Source: an uncultured Gemmatimonadales bacterium
Lineage (GTDB): Bacteria; Gemmatimonadota; Gemmatimonadetes; Gemmatimonadales; Gemmatimonadaceae
NCBI GenBank assembly: GCA_963707505.1
Contig: CAVPQB010000006.1
Coordinates: forward strand, 704,001-768,000
Length of the DNA stretch: 64,000 nt
Direction of reading: 5' to 3'
Made by a program: the position numbers and the translations under genes. The notes below the pieces were generated by a model. That model was not told where the DNA came from and made no database searches. It saw only the letters and a list, made by a program, of their open reading frames with translations. Shown here one piece after another: positions 21,445-31,075 of the stretch. Position 1 is the first letter of the stretch; each line of letters begins with the position of its first letter.

Positions 21445-24124
21445 TCATTCTGTTCTCAACGCAATCACGGGATCGACGCGGCTGGCCCGTGTGGCAGGCA
21501 CCCACGCCGAAAGACAGGCGATCACCACGAGCGCCGTCGTCATGACGACGAAGGTTCCTGCGTCCGCCGGTGTGACGTCATAGAGCAATTGCGTCATCAG
21601 CCTTGTGAGCACGAGCGCGCCGACGACGCCCAGCGTCACTCCTACCGCCACCGCCGGCATCGCTCGGCGCACCGTTTCACGCACGACAGTCGCCCCACTC
21701 GCGCCCAGCGCCATTCGCACGCCGATCTCACGCGTACGTTGGCCCACAACATAGCTCATTACGCCGAACACACCGATGGCAGCCAACACAAGCGCGAGGA
21801 TCGCGAACGACGCCAACAGCAGCATCGCGAACCGTTGATCGGCCACCGACTGTCCCATGATCCGTTCCATGGATGTGAATTGGCGAACGGGGAGATACGG
21901 ATCGATGTCGTGGAGCTGCCGGCGAACACCGGCAGCGAGGCGGCCAGCGTCGATGCCGGGAGCCGTTTTCGCAACGATGGCCATGTCGGTGACGGGGAAC
22001 TGTGCGTGCGCCAGGTACACGGTCGGCCGCGGCGCCGATTGGAGCTGGTCGTCGTGCACGTCGTGAACCACACCGATGACTTCTCCCCCCGCACGCCCGC
22101 GACCGAGGCCGAAGCTCGTGCCAATCTCCATCGTGCGGCCAACGGGATCGACGCCCCTCCACAGCAGTTTGGCAGCAGTCTCGTTCACCACCACAACGTT
22201 CGGGGCGCCATGCCGGTCCGTTTCCGCGAACGTCCGCCCCGCCAACACCGAAATGCCGAGCGTCTGGAAGTAGCCAGGTGTGGCCACGCGTATCTGCGTC
22301 GACGGCTGGTCCGCGTCGGGAATGACCTCTCCGTCGATTGAACGCGTGGTGATGGAATAGTCGTATCCCGAGAGCGGAAGTCCTGAAATAGCAGCCGCCG
22401 TCCGCACGCCGGGCAGTTGCCGCACGCTGGCGAGCATGCGATCGAAGAAGATCCCCGACTGCTCCGGTGTGTGATACCGCGCCTCGGGAAGCGACAGGCT
22501 GAACGCCGCCACGTTCGACGCGTCGAACCCGGTCGGGACGTGCTGCAGTCTCGCGAAGCTGCGGATAAGCAGCCCCGCTCCTGCCAGCAGAATCATCGCC
22601 AGTGCGAGCTCGCCCGCAACCAGCGCTCCGCGTACCCTCCACCCGCTACGCCCGATGGTGCCGCCGCGTCCGCCGGCCTGCATCGTACCACTCAGCGTCG
22701 ACAGCCGCGCCGACTGGACAGCGGGCGCGATGCCGAACAGCAGTCCGGTGACGAGGCTCAGAACGAAGGTGAAGCCAAGCACGTGAAGATCGATACCGGC
22801 GGTGCCGAACTGATCGAGCGACGGCGGACGGATGGCGTGCATTGCACGCGTAGCGGTGAAACCGACCAGAACCGCTGCAGCGCCACCCATCAGGGCGAGC
22901 ATCAGGCTCTCCACCATCGCCATGCCGATGAGGTCGCGAGGTCGCGCGCCCAGGGCAGTGCGAACCGCGAATTCCCGTTGGCGCGCGGCACCGCGGGCCA
23001 GCAGCAGATTGGCCACGTTCACGCACGCGATGAGTGCCACCAATGCCACCGCGCCAAGCAGTATCAGCAACGCAGTTCGCGAAGACCGACCCACCAGCGA
23101 ATCGCGCAGCGGAATCGCCCTGGCGCCGTGGTCCTTATTCACTCTGGGAAAGGTCACCGCCAGTCGCCTGGCCAACCCATCGAGGTCCCGGCTCGCTGCA
23201 TCCAGCGAGATCACCCGGCTTGAGCCGCGCCACCACATCCAGATAGTGGGCCCCACGCTGAGTGCTCAGCACGGTGTCGCTGAATGCGAGCGGCAGCCAC
23301 AACACGCTGCGGTCGGGATACGCGAAGCCAGGCGGCATGACGCCGGTGACGCGTCGCGTCCTTCCATCGATCTGCACGTTCTGGCCGATTATGTCGGTGC
23401 GCGCACCGAACAGTCTGCGCCAGATTCCGTCGCTAAGAATCACCGCGTCGGTCTGACCATACGTCGTCTGGGCGGGCGTAAAGGGATAGCCGAGTGCCGG
23501 ATGTACACCGATCGCATCGAAGAATCCCTGCGTTACGTACGCACCGGAGAGCGGTAAGGGGTCACCATGTCCGGTTAGTGTCGGTGTGTCCTCATACATG
23601 GCGCCCATTGCCGAGAAGGCGTGCGTGTACCGGGTCCAATCGACGAAGTTCGGGGGCGACGTCACGTCATCGCTGCCGCGTATGCGCTCATACAGCTTCA
23701 CGATCCGTGTCGGGTTGCCGTACGGCAGTGGCCGGAGCAGCGTCGCGTTCACGACGGTGAACACGGCGGAGTTGGCGCCGATGCCCAGCGCAAGCGTGAG
23801 CACCGCGGCAGCGGTGAATCCGGGCTGATGGAGCAGTTTGCGCGCTGCGAGTCGCGCGTCGAAGGCCATCGTCCGCCACCAAACGATGCGCTCCGCTCGC
23901 CTGCGCGCTCGGGTGGAACCGCGTCGCATTCTCTTCCGTGCACTCTCGACGCTTCCGAACTGTGCGCGCGCAGCGCGCGCGGCATCGTCCGCGCTCATCC
24001 CGCGCTCACGAAAGCCGCGCTCGAGTTCCTGGAGGTGAAAGCCGATCTCGTCGTCAGCATCGGCGCGAGGGTCGGCGCCGAGGAATCGGAGATAACGCCG
24101 CCACAGCGGTTCGTCGTGACTCAT
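21445..24124 (-). CDS. ADOP-type duplicated ABC permease (MacB-PCD/FtsX), +1 frameshift near 23211
   Basis: ATG 24124 overlaps the padR stop. [13 protein letters not shown] is in ORF 23135..24286; [12 protein letters not shown] and [13 protein letters not shown] are in ORF 21445..23256. The frames join as ARLKPG/ISLDAA. Confidence 0.88.
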
Positions 24125-24483
24125 GGACAGGCGCCCGCGGGCTGAATGATCATCGGAATCTCGAGCGCCGCGAAGATCGCGTGCGCGTAGCGCGTCCAGC
24201 TGACTGTCTCCTCGCGCAGGCGCTTCGTGCCGGCGGCCGTGAGTGCATAGTATTTGGCGCGCCGGCGATCGTCGGTCAGGCGCCACTCGGCGACGATAAG
24301 CCCGCGCTCCTCCAGCCGGTACAGCGCCGGGTAGAGCGACCCATCCTCTATGCGCAGCGCGTCGCCGGTGGCCGACTCGACCCAGCGGGCGATCTGATAG
24401 CCGTGGGCAGGCGTGGCACTGACCGCTTTGAGGACCAGGAGGTCGAGGGTGCCGCGGAGGATCTGCTGTTTGAGGTCAGGCAT
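24121..24483 (-). CDS. PadR-family transcriptional regulator
   Basis: [36 protein letters not shown]. Confidence 0.95.
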   Translation of the reverse strand: MPDLKQQILRGTLDLLVLKAVSATPAHGYQIARWVESATGDALRIEDGSLYPALYRLEERGLIVAEWRLTDDRRRAKYYALTAAGTKRLREETVSWTRYAHAIFAALEIPMIIQPAGACP

Positions 24484-24489
24484 TTTAGT

Positions 24490-24542
24490 TGTCCTAGGAA
24501 GTCTAGGACAGAGAATTGGATGCCTGACCTAGAAAGTCAAGG
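24490..24542 (-). promoter_or_regulatory. padR promoter/operator: two CCTAG-N5-CTAGG-type boxes and a -35 TTGACT
   Basis: TGTCCTAG-gaagt-CTAGGACA at 24490-24510; CCTAG-aaagt-CAAGG at 24528-42, overlapping AGTCAA (24535-40). Confidence 0.65.
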
Positions 24543-24545
24543 GTT

Positions 24546-24641
24546 GGGGTCAGGTCTTGCGCCGTGCGCGGTCAAACCAACGCATGGTGTAGCGAACGAC
24601 TGCAACGACCGGCTGCGGCGCACGGCGCAAGACCTGACCCC
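24546..24641. repeat. 96-bp palindromic REPIN/MITE-like element, copy 2
   Basis: Perfect 24-bp inverted arms (GGGGTCAGGTCTTGCGCCGTGCGC); 48-bp core homologous to copies 1 and 3. Confidence 0.9.
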
Positions 24642-24743
24642 CAGCAAGCTCCCACAAGCTCCCACCAGCTCGAACGACGCTGTCCCGTGGCACGTATGTT
24701 TTTCAGGGCAGTCATCCACCCTTCACCTCTCCATGAGACTTAA

Positions 24744-26541
24744 GTGAGCCATCGCTCCATTTCCCGAGGCGCCGCGGCATTGTCCGTGGCCTTCGCCCTC
24801 GCCGCGCCCACACTGGCGGCGCAGCAAACCTGTCCGGCGGTCGAGCCGGGCGCCACCATGCCGCTCAAGTATCAGGGCGGTCCCACGGTCGCCGCCATCA
24901 CTCCGTGCGACCTCATGACGCGCCTGTACATCTACGCGGACGACTCGCTCCGCGGTCGCGAAGCCGGAACTCCCGACGCAATGCGCGCGACGGCGTACAT
25001 CGAACGCGAGGTGCGGAAGCTGGGTCTCAAGCCGGCTGGCGATCATGGATCCTACTTCCAGAACATGCCGGTTACGGCGCGCAGCGTAACACCGGCGTCG
25101 ACGATGACGGCCGGTGGCAAGACCTTCCACGCTGACAGGGACTTCGTCCTCTCCGCTCCGCCAGCTGACCACAAGGTGTCGGCGGCAGTCATCTTCGGTG
25201 GAACCCTCGGCGACACGACGGCCGAGCTCACCGCCGATCAGGCGAAGGGGAAGATCGTGGTGATGATGGCGCCAGCCGGCGGCAGTCGCGGCTTTTTCCG
25301 GCGCGCGCCTGGCAGCGCAAATCCGCTGGCCGACGCGGCGGCGATCGTTACTGTCACGGAGACACTCGCGAAGCCGCGCTTTCAGCCGACGCTGAATGAC
25401 ACCGTGCAGAACACGGGACGGGAGGCGTACGCTGCCAGCCATCCGAACGAAGGCAACGCACGTGGTGGCCGCGGTGGATTCGGCGGCGCCGGTCTCAACA
25501 TCACTGTCACGCCGCAGGTCGCCAGCGCACTGCTTGGAAAATCAGTAGAAAGCGCTGCCCTCGGTGATGCGGGACCGTCGGCGACGATCGACATTCACGT
25601 GAAGACAGCAGCCGCGCCGACGCGGAGCGTCGTCGCCATTCTGCCCGGCACCGATCCCAAGCTCAGCAAGCGAGTACATCGTTATCGGCGCACACGCGGA
25701 TCACATCGGTGTTTCGGGCGCGCGTCCCGTCGTCGAGCACGATTCACTCAAGGCGTACAACGAAGTTGCGCGCGTCGAAGGTGCCGACACTCGGACCGCG
25801 CCGGAGCCGACGGCGGAGCAGTGGGTGCGCATCAATGCGATCAAGGATTCGCTACGCAAGATCTATCCGCCGCGGCTCGACTCGATCAGCAACGGTGCGG
25901 ATGACGACGGCTCGGGCTCCGTGTCCATTCTCGAGATCGCGCGAGGCGTTCGCGAAGGGACCGGTCAAGCCAAAGCGGTCGCTGATCTTCATCTGGCAGA
26001 TGGGCGAGGAGAAGGGACTCTGGGGCTCGGAGTGGTTCACCAACCATCCGACGGTTCCGCGCGATTCGATCGTCGCGGATCTGAACCTCGACATGGTCGG
26101 CCGCGGCGCTGCGACCGACGTCACCGGCAAGAACAAGGACGGCGAGGAGCTGAAGGGCGCGAACAACTATCTGCAGCTCGTCGGCTCGCGTCGTCTGTCT
26201 ACCGAGCTTGGTGATATCGCCGAGCAGGTGAATAGCAGTCAGAGCCGATGCCGTTCACGTTCGATTATTCGATGGACGCGAACGGGCATCCGCAGAACAT
26301 CTATTGCCGCAGCGATCACGCCAACTATGCGCGGTACGGCATCCCGGTCATCTTCTTCACGACGGGCGGTCACGCGGATTACCACCAGGTGACGGACGAA
26401 CCGCAGTACATCCAGTACGAGCACATGGCTCGCGTCGACAAGCTCGTGTTCGACATCGCGATGCATGTCGCGGATCTCGATCACCGCGTCGTCGTGGACA
26501 AGGCGAAGCCGGACAGTCCGTTTGCGCGGTGTCAGCAGTAG
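24744..26541 (+). CDS. M28-family aminopeptidase broken by three frameshifts (~25670, ~25942, ~26246)
   Basis: ADDSLRGREAGT, then IGAHADHIG and NGADDDGSG, then GEEKGLWGS and LNLDMVGR, then RSDHANY and DYHQVTDE, in successive frames. Confidence 0.88.
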
Positions 26542-26571
26542 AGACGTCAGCCCGGTAGTAACCGCTGCAAA

Positions 26572-26613
26572 AAGACAGCTCCGGTATCGAGATCTCGATA
26601 CCGGAGCTGTCTT
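26572..26613. terminator. Perfect 42-bp palindrome, probable intrinsic terminator
   Basis: AAGACAGCTCCGGTATCGAGA|TCTCGATACCGGAGCTGTCTT, 30 bp after the M28 stop, with an A-run on the left. Confidence 0.65.
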
Positions 26614-26681
26614 GCTTGGCGTTTTGGTTGTGCACCTCATGGATGTTGCTGCACGAGCGCACTCGGGCATAAGTTACAGAT

Positions 26682-27176
26682 ATGAAACTGACCGCAGGCA
26701 CCCTGGCGCCGGACTTCGAGCTCGAAAGTACCGCGGGTACCGTGTCACTCGCCGGACTGCGTGGCTCGCGAGTGGTACTCTACTTCTATCCGAAGGATGA
26801 TACGCCCGGTTGCACGCGTGAGGCATGCTCGTTCCGCGACAGCATGAGTCGTCTCCAGGGTCACGGCGCCACGATAATCGGCGTCTCCAGGGATTCGCTG
26901 AACTCACACCACCGCTTTCGCGAGAAGTACGGTCTTCCGTTCGCACTCGCGTCGGATCCCGAAAACACCGTCGCGAAGGCCTACGGAGCCTTCGGTAAGA
27001 AGATGATGTACGGCAAGGAGGTTAGCGGAACCATCCGGTCCACGTTCCTCATCGATCCGCAGGGATACATCGAGCGGGTCTGGTCACCGGTGAAAGTTGA
27101 TGGACACGTGGACCAGATACTTGCTGCACTCGATGAAACTGCTTCGTCGGCGAGTGGAACGAAGACAGTGAGGTGA
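26682..27176 (+). CDS. bcp: Thioredoxin-dependent peroxiredoxin (BCP/PrxQ)
   Basis: YFYPKDDTPGCTREACSFRD, RSTFLID. Confidence 0.93.
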   Translation: MKLTAGTLAPDFELESTAGTVSLAGLRGSRVVLYFYPKDDTPGCTREACSFRDSMSRLQGHGATIIGVSRDSLNSHHRFREKYGLPFALASDPENTVAKAYGAFGKKMMYGKEVSGTIRSTFLIDPQGYIERVWSPVKVDGHVDQILAALDETASSASGTKTVR

Positions 27177-27368
27177 CGCTCAATCGCGCCGTACTCCCGA
27201 GGGACTGAGCTATGCGCTGGCCCGGGAGCGCTATCGATTAATTCTGAGCGTCCGGAATTATTGCAGGTCCCGTGCGTGCACCTCGTGTAGCGTGGTGAAC
27301 ACTCTATACCGATATTCAGGATCGGCACGCTGGTGATTCTCAACCTCCGCGACTATGACACGGCCAGA

Positions 27369-28370
27369 ATGGACGACTTCGATTCGTTGAAGAAGCATCA
27401 TCGCGCATTCATCACTGCGCGATCCGTCATCGCGATTACTCTGGCATCCTCGCTTGCTGCGTGCGCATCTGCCGGAAGTCGCGCGACGCCGGTGACATCG
27501 TCTCCGATATCGGTCGCTGTGCCGACGTCAGGCTATCGGATCATTTCGCCGGCCACGCGAAGCGACGTGACGATGCCGCAGATGCTCGACCGGCTGTCGC
27601 GCGCCGACGTGGTGTTCTTCGGCGAGCAGCATGATGATCCGGAAACGCACCGTGCCGAGGCGGAGATGCTCGAGGCGATCGGCCGGCTCGGGCGACCGGT
27701 CGTGCTTTCGCTCGAGATGTTCGAGCGTGATGTGCAGCCGGTGCTGGACGATTATCTCGCCGGCCGCATCGGCGAGTCCGAGTTTCTTGCGCGCAGTCGG
27801 CCGTGGCCCAACTACAGTACTGGTTACCGGCCGCTGGTGGAGCTGGCCCGCGCGCGTCACTGGCCGGTGATCGCGGCGAACGTTCCTCGGCCGCTCGCAT
27901 CGGCGGTGGCGCGAAAGGGGATTGTTGCGCTCGACACGCTCACACCAGTCGAGCACCTGACCGCGGCGCGCAAGATCGTCTGCCCGGCGGACGACTACTA
28001 CGCGCGCTTCATGGATGAGATGCACGCGCATTCCACCGGCTCGGGCGGCGCGGCCGAACCCGGCGATTCACTTCCGACGGCGATGGCCGAGCGTTTTTAC
28101 GTGGCCCAGTGCGTAAAGGATGAGACCATGGCCGAGTCGATCGTGATGGCGAAGGGTAAGGCGCCGCGCGACGCGATCATCGTTCACTTCGATGGCGCTT
28201 TCCATAGCGATTATGCACAGGGCACCGTGGCGCGTGTGAAGCGACGTGAGCCGTCGTGGGACGTAGTCGTGATCAGTGCCGTCCCTGTCGCCGATCCGTT
28301 GGTGGCGCCGATCGCGCCGGAAAGCGGCGTCGCGGATTTCGTCATTTTTACGAAGCGGGCGTCGCACTAG
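27369..28370 (+). CDS. ChaN-family (haem-uptake-like) lipoprotein
   Basis: Lipobox LAAC, FFGEQHDDPETH, LSLEMFERD, AQCVKDETMAESI, GAFHSDY. Start uncertain (27333 or 27369). Confidence 0.85.
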   Translation: MDDFDSLKKHHRAFITARSVIAITLASSLAACASAGSRATPVTSSPISVAVPTSGYRIISPATRSDVTMPQMLDRLSRADVVFFGEQHDDPETHRAEAEMLEAIGRLGRPVVLSLEMFERDVQPVLDDYLAGRIGESEFLARSRPWPNYSTGYRPLVELARARHWPVIAANVPRPLASAVARKGIVALDTLTPVEHLTAARKIVCPADDYYARFMDEMHAHSTGSGGAAEPGDSLPTAMAERFYVAQCVKDETMAESIVMAKGKAPRDAIIVHFDGAFHSDYAQGTVARVKRREPSWDVVVISAVPVADPLVAPIAPESGVADFVIFTKRASH

Positions 28371-28386
28371 TCACTCGTTCGGCTCG

Positions 28387-28658
28387 ATGGACAGGCGCCC
28401 GCCGCCTGAATGATCATCGGAATCTCCAGTGCCGCGAAGATCGCGTGCGCGTACCGCGTCCAGCTCGCCGTCTCCTCGCGCAGGCGCTTCCTGCCCTCGG
28501 CTGTAAGTGCATAGTATTTGGCGCGCCGGCGATTGTCGGTCAGCCGCCACTCGGCGTCGATGAGCCCGCGCTCCTCCAGGAGGTACAGCGCGGGGTAGAG
28601 CGAGCGATCCTCTATGCGCAGCGCGTCGTCGGTGGCCGACTCCACCCAGCGGGCGATC
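28387..28658 (-). pseudogene. 5'-truncated copy of the padR at 24121-24483
   Basis: Aligns with 24123-24394 (IARWVESAT...EIPMIIQ.AGACP); the first ~30 codons are missing. Confidence 0.88.
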
Positions 28659-28736
28659 CTGGCCGGACTGCGCGCGGGCGGGGGCCGCACCTATGAGAGT
28701 AGCCGCGACGGCGGCGACGAGGAGGTGTGATCGCAT
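28659..28736 (-). pseudogene. Orphan signal-peptide start of a lost secreted protein, joined out of frame to the padR remnant
   Basis: MRSHLLVAAVAATLIGAAPARAQSGQD (A-x-A cleavage site), then an abrupt switch to padR DNA at GATC. Confidence 0.6.
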
Positions 28737-28778
28737 GGACCAACGGTACTTCCCCGAACGAGGTGATCACCAGTCCGG

Positions 28779-28821
28779 TCGACCCATCCGTCCGTCGCGT
28801 CCATAATTGGCTTCGTTCATC
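28779..28821 (+). repeat. Orphan copy of the 43-bp promoter at 31014-31056
   Basis: 36/43 identical; TCGACC-17 bp-CATAAT. Confidence 0.8.
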
Positions 28822-28851
28822 GCTGGCCGTGTGAACCCGGGTGCGGGGATC

Positions 28852-30849
28852 TCACGGTTTTCTTCGCGCCTTCACATCGCTCGCCGTAATCCTCTTGCTG
28901 TTGTTTCCCCACGATGATCGTTCGTGGTTGATGATGTCTGCGATCTGTGTGTTGTTCAACAGCCCGCTGAATGGAGGCATCGCGCCTGGATAGACTGTAC
29001 CGCCGATGTTCTGCCCCTGAAGTCCGTGCAACACCACATCGATTTGCTTGGCGGGATCAGCGTCCAGCACGACGAGATTTCCCTTGAGCGGCGGGTATGC
29101 ACCCGTTATCCCCATGCCGGTAGTCTGATGGCACGCGGAGCACGTGGTTGCGAAAGCCGCGGCGCCTCGCGCTGGATCGTAACTATACGGGCCCGGCGGC
29201 TCTGGAGGCGCCGAGCTCGCGACGGCGGTCGTTGTGTCGAGTGCCGGCGTTGCGGCGACGGGAGCCGCGACTCTCGACGAGCCGACCGGGCGAACGTCGA
29301 TAACGCCGAGTGCACCGACCATGAGGTGCGCCATGTCGTGATCAACGAAGGCGTACTTGCCCGGCTTGGGAATCACCACATCGAATACGGCCCCCGCACC
29401 GGGCCCGACGGTGTACGTGGATACGCCACTCAGTGCATGCGACGCATCCCCATCGGGATAGACCTTGTCGAACATGGAACCGATGACGTGAAACGAAGTC
29501 CACAGGTTCGGGCCGCCGTCGATAAGGTAGATGCGAATGCGATCGCCCGCGATGGCGACAAGTGGACGGTCACGGTACTGGAACGCGACGCCGTTGAAGA
29601 CCACTTCGTCGGGGCGCTCGGCCAGCATCCGGTCGTAGTTCGCGGTCATGAGATGTCCGGACGCCTGCTGTGTGTACCACTCGCTCTGCAGGATCACGAA
29701 ACTCTCGTCCGCTGGTGGAAGCGGGGTCGCCGGATCCACGATCAGTGCACCATACATTCCGTTCCCGACATGCAACAGAATGGGCTGCGTCTCGCAGTGG
29801 TAGATGAACGCGCCAGGCACGTTCGCAACAAACGAAAACTTGAGCGACTTGTTTGGCTCGACGTCGATGTAATTCAGATTCGGTTCTGTCTCGGCGGCAT
29901 GAAAGTCGATGGAATGCTTCATGTTGCCGTGATTGGTAAGCGTCACGTTTACCGTCTGTCCCTGGCGCACGTGAATGATCGGACCGGGGACGGTGCCGTT
30001 ATACGTCCACGCCTGATACTCGACGCCGTTCGCGATGGTAACCGATTCATCCGTGACGACAAGATGCAGATCGACGCTGTTGCCGGTACCGAGAAGCGGC
30101 GGCAGGTGTGCATCGCGAGCCTTCGCGATCGGTTCCTGCAAGGCAAGCGAGAGAGGTGACACTGCGGCAGCGGCTGCGCCAGGCGATGGCGACCTCACGT
30201 TGAACGCGCTGTGCAGGCCGCCGATCAGCATCACGAGCAGAGCCAGAACGCCGAGCATCGCAAAGATCTGGATGCGCCATGGAAGGCGCTCGGGTTCGGA
30301 CGCGAGCGTATCCGCCGTGCCCCACTCCGCGAACCGGCGCCAGCGCGGCCACCGATTCTCGATGTGATAGTCCAGACTGTAAGGGCTGCGTCCGCCGCGG
30401 CTGTTGATGGCGATGAGTGCGACGAAGATCAGCACGTAACTGATCGCAGTGCCCATGTTCGTCGCACCGACCGTGTACGGTCCACCGAACCCCTCAGCGG
30501 TGCTCCAGATCAGTAGACTGAACAGCCCGCCCACGATGTAAAGGATCTTTCGCGCGAAGCCCGTGAGCAACGCCACGGCGATCGCGGTTTCAATGATGCG
30601 CGTGAGCCATGTGAAGAGGAGGGCGTGCGGTGTGACCAGCGCGATCCACATCGAGAACCAGCCGGCCAGCCAGGCGGGCTGTCCCTGTGCGGCATTGTGC
30701 AGATAGCCCACATAATGAACCGCGAAATCCGGTGACCACGTCAGCGCTGCACCAACCGCCCATACGACGCCGAAGGCTACACGCAGCCCTGCGGCTGCTA
30801 CTGCCGGCCAGGTCCTGTGCGTGTGTACGTCAATTTGCGTTTGTGACAT
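28852..30849 (-). CDS. nirK: Copper nitrite reductase with N-terminal DoxX/TQO-like membrane domain and C-terminal cytochrome c
   Basis: HSIDFH, YHC, LLHVGNGM, SFHVIG and FVDH supply all T1/T2 Cu ligands plus catalytic Asp and His. CSACH and GAMP form the haem site. The N-terminus has LRVAFGVVW...EGFGGPY...YSLD and about five hydrophobic segments. Confidence 0.85.
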   Translation of the reverse strand: MSQTQIDVHTHRTWPAVAAAGLRVAFGVVWAVGAALTWSPDFAVHYVGYLHNAAQGQPAWLAGWFSMWIALVTPHALLFTWLTRIIETAIAVALLTGFARKILYIVGGLFSLLIWSTAEGFGGPYTVGATNMGTAISYVLIFVALIAINSRGGRSPYSLDYHIENRWPRWRRFAEWGTADTLASEPERLPWRIQIFAMLGVLALLVMLIGGLHSAFNVRSPSPGAAAAAVSPLSLALQEPIAKARDAHLPPLLGTGNSVDLHLVVTDESVTIANGVEYQAWTYNGTVPGPIIHVRQGQTVNVTLTNHGNMKHSIDFHAAETEPNLNYIDVEPNKSLKFSFVANVPGAFIYHCETQPILLHVGNGMYGALIVDPATPLPPADESFVILQSEWYTQQASGHLMTANYDRMLAERPDEVVFNGVAFQYRDRPLVAIAGDRIRIYLIDGGPNLWTSFHVIGSMFDKVYPDGDASHALSGVSTYTVGPGAGAVFDVVIPKPGKYAFVDHDMAHLMVGALGVIDVRPVGSSRVAAPVAATPALDTTTAVASSAPPEPPGPYSYDPARGAAAFATTCSACHQTTGMGITGAYPPLKGNLVVLDADPAKQIDVVLHGLQGQNIGGTVYPGAMPPFSGLLNNTQIADIINHERSSWGNNSKRITASDVKARRKP

Positions 30850-31013
30850 CTGTCACACACTCCGTGATACTCGGGCCGCCAACAGGGTCGCCGGTCCCGG
30901 TAACCGATGCGCGCGATCGTATGTGATCAAAGTACAGATAATCCTGCAGCTTCGTTGCAGCTGGAGCGGCTGGCGCATTGCGCGCACCGAAGCCCGCTCG
31001 CCATCCCTTCGTA

Positions 31014-31042
31014 TTGACCCACTCTCCCGGCGCGTCCATAAT
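31014..31042 (+). promoter_or_regulatory. Sigma70-type promoter of the S10 peptidase
   Basis: TTGACC (31014-19), 17-bp spacer, CATAAT (31037-42); GAGGA upstream of ATG 31076. Confidence 0.7.
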
Positions 31043-31075
31043 TGGCCTCGTTCATCACCAACGAGGAAGCAAGGC

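Noticed and set aside
21097..22341. Long ORFs such as 21097..22341, 28924..30159, 16602..17750 and 4759..5781
   Set aside because: Antisense shadows of well-supported genes in GC-rich DNA, with no recognisable motifs.
25660..26250. Programmed frameshifting in the M28 peptidase
   Set aside because: Three shifts with no slippery heptamers; sequencing error is more parsimonious.
30917..30930. FNR/DNR box upstream of nirK
   Set aside because: Only the ATCAA half matches (TCGTA-TGTG-ATCAA), which is too weak.
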